Shown piece after piece: positions 40,184 through 50,743 of a DNA stretch of 64,000 nt. The translations under genes and the position numbers were made by a program. The stretch comes from a virus: the IMG/VR virus record IMGVR_UViG_3300032047_000003, positions 47,568 through 111,567 of that record. One strand, written 5' to 3'. The notes beneath the pieces were generated by a model. That model was not told the DNA's origin, did no database searches, and saw only the letters and a program-made list of their open reading frames with translations. Every line of letters starts with the position of its first letter. The stretch's first letter is position 1.

Positions 40184-41287
40184 TTACAACTCTATGATTA
40201 TTTTATTATCTTCTACTGTAAGTTTCTTTCTTAACTGTTTTGGTTCCTGCTGTGAGTTTCCTCCAGAATAAAAACCAGAAACAGGATAAGTGTAAACTAT
40301 TACAGTTTCATCATCAACGGTAGATTCGTCTACATCGTTGTCAAAAGTCAACGTTATTGTTTTATCTTGAAAAAGCATATTTGTGCTTCCATCGTCCGGA
40401 CTCATCTCTAACAATGACAAGCCACCTTCTTCTGAAGTAAGAACTATTTTGGTCCCAATCGGACTAGTTGACATTGTTTCCGGAACCTCTTCTATAAAAT
40501 CAGAAGAAGTTTTAAAACTAAACTGATAAGAGTCTTCCATAAATTCAGGTTTATAAACCTCTATAGAATAAACATCTCCTTTTTCAAAAGAGCTTCCAGA
40601 AAATCTAACCTGCAAGTTCTTTTTTATCTTTCTAAACCTTCTGGAGGAAACCTTTCCTTCGTCAGAAGAAGTTTTTCCTGATTTTTCAAACCAACAAGAA
40701 TATTCACAAGTTCCAATGTTCCCTGCTTTCGTAATTTCTATAAACAACTTGTCATCCGTATTGGAATCATATCCACCATACACATGAACAAAGCCCGTTG
40801 AAGAATTGACCAGGCTGTAGTCAGGATCGTATAAAGTTCTTTTTGTAATTCCTTTTTTTAAATTATCTTCAACTTCTCCTATAGCAAAAACTTTATAATT
40901 ATTTTTTTCAGACAATAATTTTTTAGGAATTAAACAAACTTTATAATAAGCGGACAGATACTCTTCTGCTTCGAAAGAAGTTATTTCACTTGTTTCCAGT
41001 TCTTCCCCTGTATCCGGATTGACATAAACCCCTTCAATAGAATACTCAACTATACCTTTAAATCCAGCAGTTTTTAAAAAATCCGACTCTCCGATGTCGC
41101 TTTGGTTCAGCCAAATGGTATCATTCGGTCCAGTCATTATTTCAGACTCTTCTCCATAAACAACTACATTGTTCCTTACGCTTTCTAAATCAACTGATTT
41201 GTCAAAAGTAATACATATCTTTGCTCCAACAGGAACAGAAGTAGATTCATTACTTGGAAATACGCTTATTATCTTTGGGGCGCTCAT
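40184..41287 (-). CDS. Virion protein with Ig-like (Big_5-like) domains
   Basis: APKIISVFPSNESTSVPVGAKICITFDKSVD and MSPDDGSTNM...ITLTFDNDVDESTV are two similar Ig-like starts. Start moved to ATG 41287. Confidence 0.65.
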   Translation of the reverse strand: MSAPKIISVFPSNESTSVPVGAKICITFDKSVDLESVRNNVVVYGEESEIMTGPNDTIWLNQSDIGESDFLKTAGFKGIVEYSIEGVYVNPDTGEELETSEITSFEAEEYLSAYYKVCLIPKKLLSEKNNYKVFAIGEVEDNLKKGITKRTLYDPDYSLVNSSTGFVHVYGGYDSNTDDKLFIEITKAGNIGTCEYSCWFEKSGKTSSDEGKVSSRRFRKIKKNLQVRFSGSSFEKGDVYSIEVYKPEFMEDSYQFSFKTSSDFIEEVPETMSTSPIGTKIVLTSEEGGLSLLEMSPDDGSTNMLFQDKTITLTFDNDVDESTVDDETVIVYTYPVSGFYSGGNSQQEPKQLRKKLTVEDNKIIIEL

Positions 41288-41414
41288 TTTTTTCTTCACC
41301 TTTATTATCTTTTTCAAGAATCTCTTGCTTTGCACCGGATTTAATTTCTACAGTTTCCCAACCTTCATCAAAAACGCTTTTGTCAAAAGGATTTTTACTT
41401 TCTTTTTTCCACAT
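41250..41414 (-). CDS. Small charged protein, 54 aa (MWKKESKNPFDKSVFDEGWETVEIK...)
   Basis: Below the ORF track cutoff. GGAG RBS, ATG 41414, TAA 41250; fills the gap after the capsid terminator. Confidence 0.6.
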   Translation of the reverse strand: MWKKESKNPFDKSVFDEGWETVEIKSGAKQEILEKDNKGEEKNERPKDNKRISK

Positions 41415-41429
41415 ATTGTTCTCCAGTTA

Positions 41430-41464
41430 AATTAACAAAGGGAGGCAGAACCTCCGCCTCCCTT
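41430..41464 (-). terminator. Intrinsic terminator after the major capsid gene
   Basis: Minus strand AAGGGAGGCGGA-GGT-TCTGCCTCCCTT followed by TGTTAATTT. Confidence 0.75.
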
Positions 41465-41497
41465 ATGGTTTTTGTAAAAGTACTACTCTAAGTTAAC

Positions 41498-42805
41498 TTA
41501 GAGAGGTGAAGCGGCAGGATTATGTGCAGCAACTGTAGCGTCAGGACTAAAAGTACCATCCCACTCGTTAGCAGCAGCTTTAACATTCTTAAGTACACCA
41601 ACACCTTGACCTTCGTGCGCAACAGCAAAGCCATAACGTTCACGAATCTTAACTTTAACAACTTCAGTATTTTCATCTCTCCATTCTACGGTAGTAGGAT
41701 CTTCATCAACAAGATGAAAGCCAACGTTCCCTGAAGAAAGAAGGAAGATGTCTCCGACCATTTCATCTGGATCAAATGGACACAGAGGTGAAACAAGAAT
41801 TCTAAAGTTGAACGGGAAGTAAGATGGCAAATTGGGAGCAGAAGTAGCTTGCTGTGAGCGACCTGCTAAAGGTGTAGCAGCTGCACTAGCGGGATTGCCG
41901 CCAGGAACAATTGAACGACCGTTAGAAGGACCCATAGCACCCATAGCGCCATTATTATATGGAAGCTGAGGACCTGGATTGCCAGTGTAAGGGTTAAAGT
42001 AAGACCCGCCACCATGCGCAAGCATCATATTTCTGAGAACAGGATCTTGAACCATAGCATAGTAGAACAATGGATGCATCAATAGGGTATCAGCAGCAAA
42101 GCCTTCTTCAGCCATGTGAGCCATACCTTTCATCAAGTTATCCATTGTCAAAGAGCCATTTGCAGCCAGTGCATTGTTAGTTGCGTCAAAACCACGACCA
42201 GAAGTAGAACCGTAAAGAGACTCTGCTGGAGTGAGATTGTCAAAAAGAGTAGTACCAAGAGCTCTCAAGAAAGAGGCTGCTTTTTGTTCTTTGTGACGAG
42301 CAAGAGCATTCCCCATAAGCTTAAGGTTCATTGCCATGATATCGTAAGTAGAGTAACGAAGCGCTTCATCAGTAAATGAAGCAGCGATACCTGACTTTCC
42401 GATATAAGCAGTCGAAACCGCACCACCGATTTGAAAGTTAACTTCAGGGTAAGTACCATGCTCTTGTACATCTTGCGCATAAACTGCACCGATAGCACCA
42501 GCTAATACTTGAGTTGACATTCCTTCTGCTTGAACTCTATTGAACAAAGAAGTAATAATCAATGAAGGTTCTACAGGCTCTCTAATAAGAATTTCCATAG
42601 ACTTCTGAAGCAAAGGCGTGATCTCTGAAGATCTTACTAAGTCTTTTTGATTGGGAGCGATGACTTCTACAAATTCTGACCAAGAAACTTTCTCTTCAGA
42701 ATCTGGAAGCTGTCCGTTGTTAGCGATCATGTCTGCAAGATAACGAGCACTTTGTCGCTCTCCTCCAGGAAGATCAATAGTTTTATTTCCAAATTTGATA
42801 TTCAT
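41498..42805 (-). CDS. Major capsid protein (HK97 fold)
   Basis: 435 aa. EHGTYPE, KSGIAASFTDEALRYSTYD, ALARHKEQKA, LLMHP and VKIRERYGFAV; AGGAG RBS; terminator downstream. Confidence 0.88.
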   Translation of the reverse strand: MNIKFGNKTIDLPGGERQSARYLADMIANNGQLPDSEEKVSWSEFVEVIAPNQKDLVRSSEITPLLQKSMEILIREPVEPSLIITSLFNRVQAEGMSTQVLAGAIGAVYAQDVQEHGTYPEVNFQIGGAVSTAYIGKSGIAASFTDEALRYSTYDIMAMNLKLMGNALARHKEQKAASFLRALGTTLFDNLTPAESLYGSTSGRGFDATNNALAANGSLTMDNLMKGMAHMAEEGFAADTLLMHPLFYYAMVQDPVLRNMMLAHGGGSYFNPYTGNPGPQLPYNNGAMGAMGPSNGRSIVPGGNPASAAATPLAGRSQQATSAPNLPSYFPFNFRILVSPLCPFDPDEMVGDIFLLSSGNVGFHLVDEDPTTVEWRDENTEVVKVKIRERYGFAVAHEGQGVGVLKNVKAAANEWDGTFSPDATVAAHNPAASPL

Positions 42806-42825
42806 AATATAATCTCCTTTATATA

Positions 42826-44274
42826 TTAAAATCTTACGATAATTGTTGCTAACTCGTCCGCGACAACTTCGCCGGAAAGAGTAATCATGTCTGAGAAACC
42901 TTTAGTAGCAGTACCTGGCATTTTCGCAGAAGCAGAAAATGAAGAACCTTTAAATGCAGTTTCTACTCTATCTAATAAACCTCTAGGCTCACGAATAATT
43001 TCCATTACTCTACCTAAAGAATTAACATTTGAAGTATGAAGTTGGTGAGCATCCACATCCGTTTTCCCCATTAGACAGAAGTTTGATTGATTGTCATAAG
43101 ACAACTTCATTCCTGGTCTTACGGGACCAGATATATGTGCGTGTCTGTATTGTTGAGAAACTCCTTCTTTTGCAAAGAAACTCACATCCGTCATAGTAGT
43201 AGTTATAATTGTACCAGTAGTCCAATCTGCAGCAGAATCATACATAAGCACAATTCCAGCTTCAGCATCTATAAGAAAGTCTCCCGCTCTTTTAACTAAA
43301 GCGATTGAATTTTTTTCAGATGTCAAAAAGCCACTTCCTTCTGCAAATGGAGTTCTATCAGTATTCGAAGATACACCAGCAGGATCCAACATCAATCCTT
43401 GAATATTTGAACCAATGTCTTCGTAACGCTTAAGAGCTACCAAATCCGCATTAGCCAACTCAGTACCAGTAGCCTGACCAAAAATGGGACCAGATGAATA
43501 AGCACTTGAAGCGCTAATAGCAGTAGCGCCACTAGAGCTACTTTCAGCAATAACAGGTAGTCTCAATTGAACTTCAGTCAAAAACTGAATCAAATGTTGC
43601 TTTTGATAGTTCGTGAACACAAGCTCGTCTGGAGTATCTCCAGCCCAAACGAATACATCATAAGCTGCAACACCAACTGGTTCAGAAAAGAAAGCATTGA
43701 TTACAAGTAAGCAATCATCAAGCAAATCACTTGCAGTCTTACTACCTGTATGTTCAAGAGTAGCTGTACCGCCACTAAATGGAGCAGTACTTCCTAAATC
43801 TCTACTCACATTTACTAATCCTTGATCCAACAACCCTTGGGCAATTTGATCAATAAATAGCGTGCCAGCAGCTGCAGCTTCTCCAGTAGCAATACTGTAT
43901 ACACCGTATGCAACGTCAGTTGAGTCATAAGTTATAATGGAATGGGTACTAGCACCACCAGGTAAACCGCCAACACTAATGTCTGCACTAAAACTAGTAG
44001 TAGCTACATTACCGCCACTTTTTATTTGCTGGCAAGCAGCCTTAATACACATGTCAGCAACTCTCCCAGTTGCATCTAAACAAACAACCTTTCCAGAAGA
44101 AATAACGAATGCATCTTTTGAAGCTTCGCCAGTCCATTGTACGGGTAAATATCTTGCAGGTTTCCATTCTCCTGCGGGAACAGCAATGTGCGGTTGGACA
44201 ACGTTATTAGGAGTGATGTTGTCCATCACGTCATTGCGAGTTTTAAATGTTGAACTAAATCTTTTAATAGCCAT
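42826..44274 (-). CDS. Putative head decoration/cement protein
   Basis: 482 aa between protease and capsid; VISSGKVVCLD and PVGVAAYD; AGGAG RBS. Confidence 0.6.
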   Translation of the reverse strand: MAIKRFSSTFKTRNDVMDNITPNNVVQPHIAVPAGEWKPARYLPVQWTGEASKDAFVISSGKVVCLDATGRVADMCIKAACQQIKSGGNVATTSFSADISVGGLPGGASTHSIITYDSTDVAYGVYSIATGEAAAAGTLFIDQIAQGLLDQGLVNVSRDLGSTAPFSGGTATLEHTGSKTASDLLDDCLLVINAFFSEPVGVAAYDVFVWAGDTPDELVFTNYQKQHLIQFLTEVQLRLPVIAESSSSGATAISASSAYSSGPIFGQATGTELANADLVALKRYEDIGSNIQGLMLDPAGVSSNTDRTPFAEGSGFLTSEKNSIALVKRAGDFLIDAEAGIVLMYDSAADWTTGTIITTTMTDVSFFAKEGVSQQYRHAHISGPVRPGMKLSYDNQSNFCLMGKTDVDAHQLHTSNVNSLGRVMEIIREPRGLLDRVETAFKGSSFSASAKMPGTATKGFSDMITLSGEVVADELATIIVRF

Positions 44275-44299
44275 TTTTTTAATTCTCCTTAATAATTAA

Positions 44300-46117
44300 T
44301 TAAATATATTTTTTTGGGTCAAAGCCCTTTTTGAGATAACGAGATTTTACAAAGTAAAAATTGTTTGCTTTGAGCTCCCCATCTTCTTCTAGTATTTTTT
44401 TGTAATCTTTAATAAAATTCTTTTCATAACTTCCAAGTTCAGAATTCTTCTTTACATCTGTAATTGAAGATTCATCGGTAGAAGCAATTGAAGGATTTTC
44501 GACAGTATTGTCTTCAGTAATAATAACTTCTTCTTCTTTAGAATCCAAAGAAAGTTTTTCTTTTAAAGCCTTAATTTCTTTTTTTAATGAAGAAATTTCT
44601 TTATCAAAGTCCTGATTCACTTCTTTAGTTTCGCATTTCATTGAAGTAGACTTTCTGTCTACGCAATCAAGTACTTTCTTTTTCTGTTGATCTGAAAGCT
44701 TTGCTCTACCAATAAGTCTTTTTGCTGCAGTTACGTGAGCGCAATCATTTACCGGAAACGAACGTTCGGGTCCACAAAAGACGGAATCAGGAAGCTCTTT
44801 TCTTTGCTCAGTAGTTAAAGCTTTATCTCCAAGCTCAAAAGTAAGAGCACAATCTAAAAGATACCAGTCTACTTCAATGTCTTCATTGATCAATTGATTG
44901 ATATCTCCATCTGTGTCCCCAACTACTTTTTCTTCACTTGCTGTTTCATCCTGTACGCTAGCTTGTAGCCCCCGTACGCCGGCCCCATCGCCACTTTCTT
45001 TTTCTTGCTTTTCGTCAGCTTGCTCATCTTTCTGTTCGTTAACTTGCTCAAGGTCTTTGGATTCAACTTCTTTTTCTTCTTTTTTGATTTCGCTTTTTTC
45101 TTCATCTTCTCTCTCCTTTAGTTTAGAAAAAATATCAGAAAATTTTTCAGTAATAATCCGAGTTACTTTTTCTACTATTTTGTCTTCCAAAGATTCTTCT
45201 TGAGTTTGAGTTTCCGAATCAGAATTATCTTCAGCAGTCTTTTCGACTACTTTTTCTTCTTCTATTTTCATATCAGTCTCCTCTAAACTGTAAAATGAAT
45301 CAGTAATTATAATACCAGAAGAATCAATTTTGAAATCAGATGAATCAAAATTTTCTAAACCGTCTTCGGATATTAACTCCATTGATTGTAATTGTGACAA
45401 ATCGTCCGCAGGCATATTTACTACAGAGCCTTCCATAACATTAAAAGCTCCAGTAACAAAAACGCATACATCTCCGTCATAAATTTTTCCATGTCTATGT
45501 TCGCACATATCTCCTTTAGCCCAATCTGAACTGCAAATAGAACACACATGCCTATCTGTGCTCGATCCTGCAGAAAAAGTGATGTATCTTCCATCCAAAA
45601 ACTTTTGAATAGCTTCTTTATCTGTGATCTGAGCTTTAACCCTCATCCTTCCCATTCCAGGCCAATCCTTGTTAGACAAGAGATTGTATTTTTTCATTGC
45701 CTGATAAATGTTTTCTGGAGAGTCAGAATCATAAGCAGCTTTAACTTCCATAAAGTCTTCTATTCTATTGAAAAACCCTATTGCTTCGTTTGACAAGTCT
45801 TCCCATTCTGCAGAAACAAATCTTCCAATAGGATCTCTAGATTTATCATGATGCTGCAAAATAGGCTTAGGGTAAGGTTTTAAAACAGTATTTATTCCTG
45901 CTTGCTGTCCAGCTGTAGGGTAGATCCTATTATTAATTCTTCTTCCAGAGTGAGACAAATCGTAAGTAATAAATAAACCCTTTTTAGTTTTTTTAGTTTT
46001 TGTAAACTCGTCTAAAAGGATTTCTTTTTCCGAGTCTGTCATAGAGACAAGTTTTTCATCTGGTTTTATAGATATAAAGTCATTTAATTTAAACATGTAT
46101 GATACCATCGTTTTCAT
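44300..46117 (-). CDS. Prohead protease fused to a scaffold-like region
   Basis: HSGRRINNRIYP, PILQHHD...DPIGR, AIQKFLDGRYITFSAGS and EGSVVNMPAD, then an acidic linker and coiled coil. The true start may be ATG 46096. Confidence 0.8.
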   Translation of the reverse strand: MKTMVSYMFKLNDFISIKPDEKLVSMTDSEKEILLDEFTKTKKTKKGLFITYDLSHSGRRINNRIYPTAGQQAGINTVLKPYPKPILQHHDKSRDPIGRFVSAEWEDLSNEAIGFFNRIEDFMEVKAAYDSDSPENIYQAMKKYNLLSNKDWPGMGRMRVKAQITDKEAIQKFLDGRYITFSAGSSTDRHVCSICSSDWAKGDMCEHRHGKIYDGDVCVFVTGAFNVMEGSVVNMPADDLSQLQSMELISEDGLENFDSSDFKIDSSGIIITDSFYSLEETDMKIEEEKVVEKTAEDNSDSETQTQEESLEDKIVEKVTRIITEKFSDIFSKLKEREDEEKSEIKKEEKEVESKDLEQVNEQKDEQADEKQEKESGDGAGVRGLQASVQDETASEEKVVGDTDGDINQLINEDIEVDWYLLDCALTFELGDKALTTEQRKELPDSVFCGPERSFPVNDCAHVTAAKRLIGRAKLSDQQKKKVLDCVDRKSTSMKCETKEVNQDFDKEISSLKKEIKALKEKLSLDSKEEEVIITEDNTVENPSIASTDESSITDVKKNSELGSYEKNFIKDYKKILEEDGELKANNFYFVKSRYLKKGFDPKKYI

Positions 46118-47753
46118 TTAATATTTCTAATACAATTTTATCCAAGACATTGGATTCTATACCATTGTTAATAATACAATTGTATTCATCTTTTTGCAAT
46201 AATTCAAGCTTTTCCAAAAAAAGTATTTTATTTTTTTTAATAATATCATCTATATTATAATTAATATCTTTATTAGAATAATACATTATACTTTTTTCTT
46301 CAACTTTTTTTAAAGTTTCTTGTAAAAAGTCTTGACTTGCTTTCGGGCCGTCAAGCTTACCGTGTTGGTTTTCAGGTCTAGAAATAGACTCACTTAATTT
46401 TTGAGCTCCCTCAGCCGATGGAGCTTTAACTGGTGGAACCTTTAACTCCGCTAAAGGGAGAGTGTGTTTTTCATAATAAGTTCCTTCCTGTTGTATTTCT
46501 GGCCTAAGGCCCAATCTCATTCTTCCTTCGTTTAAGCTAATAAGATTATTGGTATAAAGCTGAATTGCTTGATTTTCTTGCTTTGATTTGATTTCGAAAT
46601 CTACCACACCGAATCTTATTTCAACTCTATTTCCATCCTCTAGGGGGTCGAGGCCACCTTCTAGTAAAAGCTCATTAAAAACATTATATTCTATAAAGTT
46701 CTTTAAAGTTTTCTGCATCGCTTCAACGTCTTGAATCGCGGATTTAGACAAAGCGTTTGCAGTGCTTCTGTTGGCCGTATCTCCCTCTCCCATATCAACT
46801 CCAGAAACTCCAAGACCAGTAAAAATTCTTTTTTTGAAATACTCCAAATATTGTTGTATCGCTAAAGCTTTTCCTTGAGAGCCAATAGCAGTAATTTTAT
46901 GCCTATGGTCCGAAACGTAAACACCTCCTGCGGGCATATATTCAACAGTATTTTTTACTATGTCGGTTTCTTTGTGACCTTCAGGAGAATACCTTTCTGG
47001 AAAAGCATCTGAACCCACTTGATAATGGAACAAGGGATACAAATTGCTTTCTATCAATGACTCAACATTTTCTTCCAACCGCCTAAGTAAGGCGATGTCG
47101 TCCAATACTGTTAACGTGTCAGGGGTTCCCATTGCAAAGCCAGGTTTTTTATTATCGTAAAAATGAATAACATCTCTAGGGTAAAAATCCTTCCACTCTC
47201 CGCTTGGAGTTTCTTGTCTTATCTTTTTTATATCTCCATTCCGTTTAGTTTTAAAAGCTAAAGTTTCGAAAGGTAATATAAAGTAACCTGCAACTGGTTC
47301 TACTTCGATTTCAGTTCCAGGGATTTTGCGCATCTTTCCAGAAGATGCAAAATTGTTTCTTGATTTAACCCACATGCAATTAGAAAACCTAAACAAATCG
47401 TGAGCAGTTTCGCCTATTAAAATATCCCAAGGCTTTCCAGAAGCATATTCTATTTCTTTTATTCTTCTTTTTATATATCTTACTGCTTCTGGATTCTCTC
47501 CAGTTATTTCCCAGCCAGAAACTATCAATCTGTTCGTTTTTCTTTTCAAAGCCCTATATAAAAAAGAATCTGTATCTTGAGCTATTTGTATTTCTGCTAA
47601 GTTGTATTCAGGCTTAAACCAAATCCCTCTATGTCTTTCTGTATAAGATAGAGTCTTATTAGTTATTTTTTTAAAACCTGGTTTCGAAAGAATGCTGTCT
47701 TTTAAAGGAGCACTTTTTTTTGATAAAACTTTTTCATAAAACTTGTAATTCAT
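46089..47753 (-). CDS. Portal protein
   Basis: 554 aa; DVIHF...GFAMGTP, LDDIALLRRLEE, IFTGLGVSGVDMGEGDTANRSTA; directly upstream of the protease. Confidence 0.85.
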   Translation of the reverse strand: MNYKFYEKVLSKKSAPLKDSILSKPGFKKITNKTLSYTERHRGIWFKPEYNLAEIQIAQDTDSFLYRALKRKTNRLIVSGWEITGENPEAVRYIKRRIKEIEYASGKPWDILIGETAHDLFRFSNCMWVKSRNNFASSGKMRKIPGTEIEVEPVAGYFILPFETLAFKTKRNGDIKKIRQETPSGEWKDFYPRDVIHFYDNKKPGFAMGTPDTLTVLDDIALLRRLEENVESLIESNLYPLFHYQVGSDAFPERYSPEGHKETDIVKNTVEYMPAGGVYVSDHRHKITAIGSQGKALAIQQYLEYFKKRIFTGLGVSGVDMGEGDTANRSTANALSKSAIQDVEAMQKTLKNFIEYNVFNELLLEGGLDPLEDGNRVEIRFGVVDFEIKSKQENQAIQLYTNNLISLNEGRMRLGLRPEIQQEGTYYEKHTLPLAELKVPPVKAPSAEGAQKLSESISRPENQHGKLDGPKASQDFLQETLKKVEEKSIMYYSNKDINYNIDDIIKKNKILFLEKLELLQKDEYNCIINNGIESNVLDKIVLEILNENDGIIHV

Positions 47754-47770
47754 TTTTCAAAAAATTCCTT

Positions 47771-49489
47771 TTAGGTAAAATCGTTGTCGTATATATCTAA
47801 AAGCCAATTTAGATTTCCTTCTGCACTGTACTTATAGTTTAGGTTTTGACTTCTTTCTTCTTGAGTGACTTCATTCACTATACCACATTTAATTGAATCA
47901 ATATCATATATACCACTATCTATTCTAACTTGTCCATTTTCTAAAGCTTCAATATCAAAAATACTATTAGTGTTATAAAGATATTTTAGCAAAGCGTCAA
48001 AACCCTTGAAGTCTCCCTTTTCTAAAGATTCGCAAACACCCCCACTAAATGAAAACTTTGAATCAGCCATAGAAAGTAACAAATTTACCATATCGCTCAA
48101 AAACAAAATAAGACCTCCGAGCTTTACAGTAGTGCTAAAACCTTGGCTCATCATAGTGTCCAAGCTTTTAATTGACAAAAGCAATGAAGACAAAAGTCCT
48201 TTTATGTAGCTTTCCGCACTATTCAACACTGCAAGTAATCTTCCTATTATTTCAGTATTTGCAGCTCCAATAGTATTGCCCGCCGCCTGATAGGCTTTTG
48301 CAGCTCCCTTCATATTCCCGGCAGGTTTATTCAAACCAAACATTCTTTCCAAAGACTCCCCTTCTTGCCCATATTCAAAAGCAAATGAATTAAGTACGCC
48401 TTTCTTTTTGAAATTGCTACCCGAAGGATAATTTTTCGAAGAAAAGTTCAAGGACTTTGCATTAAATTCTGGACCTGTTTTTAAAGAACTTGTACCCTTC
48501 ATAGTATTTTCACTAAACGAATAGTCTCCAAAAAAATAGTTACTAGCAGTAGGCGCTGGGTGGTTGCCAGATATATTGTCTTTTTGGCCTGCAATTATGC
48601 GTCCAGTAGAGCTATTCCAGTTGTCTGATTCTTTAAAGACCTGTTTAAACGAATCGGTCGTTACCCTGTCTACAAGATTTCCTGTTTCAGCTAAAATTTG
48701 TTGAGTTTGAGTAATCAAATCTTTTGCGAAAAATAAATATTTTTTAATGCAATCGAAAACGTACCCAACTTGTCTCATTATTTCTTCTGCAAAAACACCT
48801 GCTATATCTGCAACTCCTTTTACTAAGGGTCCTAAAAGCGTACTCCAGTTCAAAGTCATTTCTAAAGCTGCCATGGAATATCTACCCATAAGCATAGTCA
48901 ATAAACCAAGCATAGCCTTTAGGTCATATTTGCATGTTCTGTTTGCGAACCCATCCAAAAAAGGACACAACCCGTTAACAAACGAGTACGGGTCTAGCTG
49001 CTGCATTAAAGAATCCATAGTAGAGTCAAGGGAATTAAGTAAGTCCCTAAATCCGTCCATAGCAAATATAGGCTTAAAGGAAAACTCGCTAGTTGGTCTT
49101 TCTCCACAGTCTATACACTTTTCTATATCAGATTGACTGTCTATTTTTGCTATTTCCTTTTCCTTCTCGCCCAGATCCATTGTAATTGGATCCTGACCGA
49201 TAGGATTATTATACGTTTGATACTGGTACTCTGTGTCGTCCGAACAAGCGACCTCACCTATCAATTCCTCTAGTTCTTCAACCTCTCTTGGCTCTTCGAT
49301 TCCTACGTCCGCATAATCGATAGAATCCATTCCTATGCTGATTATTTGTCTCGAAGACTCTATTATATTCAAAAAAGAAGCATAGGATCCAGCTACTGGA
49401 TCCGTCTCATAAGCTCTCTGCTGGTATCTTTCTATAATATAGTTTACGTCACTTAATTCTAAGTCGTATCTTGAAGGCTCAGACTGCAT
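47771..49489 (-). CDS. Hypothetical protein with Cys pairs and amphipathic/hydrophobic helices
   Basis: 572 aa; CIDC motif; hydrophobic segments LKAMLGLLTMLMG and LGGLILFLSDMVNLLLSM. Confidence 0.55.
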   Translation of the reverse strand: MQSEPSRYDLELSDVNYIIERYQQRAYETDPVAGSYASFLNIIESSRQIISIGMDSIDYADVGIEEPREVEELEELIGEVACSDDTEYQYQTYNNPIGQDPITMDLGEKEKEIAKIDSQSDIEKCIDCGERPTSEFSFKPIFAMDGFRDLLNSLDSTMDSLMQQLDPYSFVNGLCPFLDGFANRTCKYDLKAMLGLLTMLMGRYSMAALEMTLNWSTLLGPLVKGVADIAGVFAEEIMRQVGYVFDCIKKYLFFAKDLITQTQQILAETGNLVDRVTTDSFKQVFKESDNWNSSTGRIIAGQKDNISGNHPAPTASNYFFGDYSFSENTMKGTSSLKTGPEFNAKSLNFSSKNYPSGSNFKKKGVLNSFAFEYGQEGESLERMFGLNKPAGNMKGAAKAYQAAGNTIGAANTEIIGRLLAVLNSAESYIKGLLSSLLLSIKSLDTMMSQGFSTTVKLGGLILFLSDMVNLLLSMADSKFSFSGGVCESLEKGDFKGFDALLKYLYNTNSIFDIEALENGQVRIDSGIYDIDSIKCGIVNEVTQEERSQNLNYKYSAEGNLNWLLDIYDNDFT

Positions 49490-49491
49490 TT

Positions 49492-49815
49492 TTAATCCTC
49501 TTCTAAATCTATTAAATCTTTATAGACTTCACTGCCGTCTATACTTCTAGACAAAAACTCTTTATATTCGTAAGCTTTTTCAATAGCACTTTCTTTTGAA
49601 GAAAAATCTATTTCTTCGATTATTTCTGGATCTACATATTCAAGTATACTGATTATGATTCTTTCAAAATCTTCCCAACACACAAAATCTCTTCCAATTT
49701 TTGGAAAAAGCTTTTCATATAAAGACTCTAAGTTCTTTCCAGAAACAGAAGACACTCCACCCTCGTCAAGCATATCTACATCTTGACCGTTTATTGACTT
49801 TTTAAAAAAACTCAT
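49492..49815 (-). CDS. Hypothetical acidic protein
   Basis: 107 aa, overlaps the upstream gene by 1 nt within the operon. Confidence 0.6.
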   Translation of the reverse strand: MSFFKKSINGQDVDMLDEGGVSSVSGKNLESLYEKLFPKIGRDFVCWEDFERIIISILEYVDPEIIEEIDFSSKESAIEKAYEYKEFLSRSIDGSEVYKDLIDLEED

Positions 49816-50312
49816 CAGTCTTCAGATCCTTCCATGAAAGAAGCCGATTCTGCCCTCTCTATTTCTTTCTTTCTTTTTAAAGCTTTTTGATAGTCATCAA
49901 AAGTAATTTCTCTTTTAATTTCTCCAAAAAACCTTTTGGAAGCTCTTTTTAATTTTTTATTTTTAACAACAGGAAGTATATAATCTATACCTCTTTTTTC
50001 CATAGATTTTTTAATTGCAACTTCTGCTAAATCTATTTTAGCTTCTACTCGATTCTTTAAACCTAATAAATTTTTATATTCCGTGTCAATCGATTCTTTT
50101 TCTTCTTTAGTTATTTTTTTAGGCGTATCTAGAAAATACTCTCTATATTTGTTTTTTATTAGGGACTGGTACGCTTTTTTTGGCCCTTCAATAGTCTGAA
50201 ATATTCTTTTTGTATTTTCTTCAAAGTATTGAATGTCTTTATCCACTTGTCCAAATTTATCAAATTTTTGAAAGAGATTTATATTTGAGTTGTTGTTGAA
50301 ATTTTTCTTCAT
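49815..50312 (-). CDS. Hypothetical basic protein
   Basis: 165 aa, Lys-rich, overlapping start/stop with neighbours. Confidence 0.6.
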   Translation of the reverse strand: MKKNFNNNSNINLFQKFDKFGQVDKDIQYFEENTKRIFQTIEGPKKAYQSLIKNKYREYFLDTPKKITKEEKESIDTEYKNLLGLKNRVEAKIDLAEVAIKKSMEKRGIDYILPVVKNKKLKRASKRFFGEIKREITFDDYQKALKRKKEIERAESASFMEGSED

Positions 50313-50743
50313 AGCACCACTTGTTTTTCGTTAAAACTTATTTCAAAGTATATATTTTTTTTGATTTGCGCATTAGTGTTTCCGGGGCAATAAATCCTAA
50401 ACCAAACTGGATGAAAAGTACTAGTGTCCGAAGATTCAAGGGTGCCGATATTTGGCAGATGTACTTCTTCTCCCCCTTCTATTTCGTCCCACTCCTCTCT
50501 GCTTGGCTTGGACTTTCCATACATAAGCTTTACGCTCCACCCCGTATTACCTTCCGCTCCGCTATCATTATAATACGCTGATCTAAATCTTGGTTTTATT
50601 ATTATATTAGAGTAATACGTTGCTGGATCAAAATTCCGTATATAAAATAAATTTTGAAATTCTTCACCTGAATGCCCATTGTGAAAACTTTTCAAAGGGT
50701 CATTTGCCAATGCACTGTATTCATGATCATAAAAGCTTAACAT
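50309..50743 (-). CDS. Hypothetical beta-rich protein
   Basis: 144 aa; YIRN...YYSNI, HPVWFRIYCP; coupled to neighbours. Confidence 0.6.
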   Translation of the reverse strand: MLSFYDHEYSALANDPLKSFHNGHSGEEFQNLFYIRNFDPATYYSNIIIKPRFRSAYYNDSGAEGNTGWSVKLMYGKSKPSREEWDEIEGGEEVHLPNIGTLESSDTSTFHPVWFRIYCPGNTNAQIKKNIYFEISFNEKQVVL

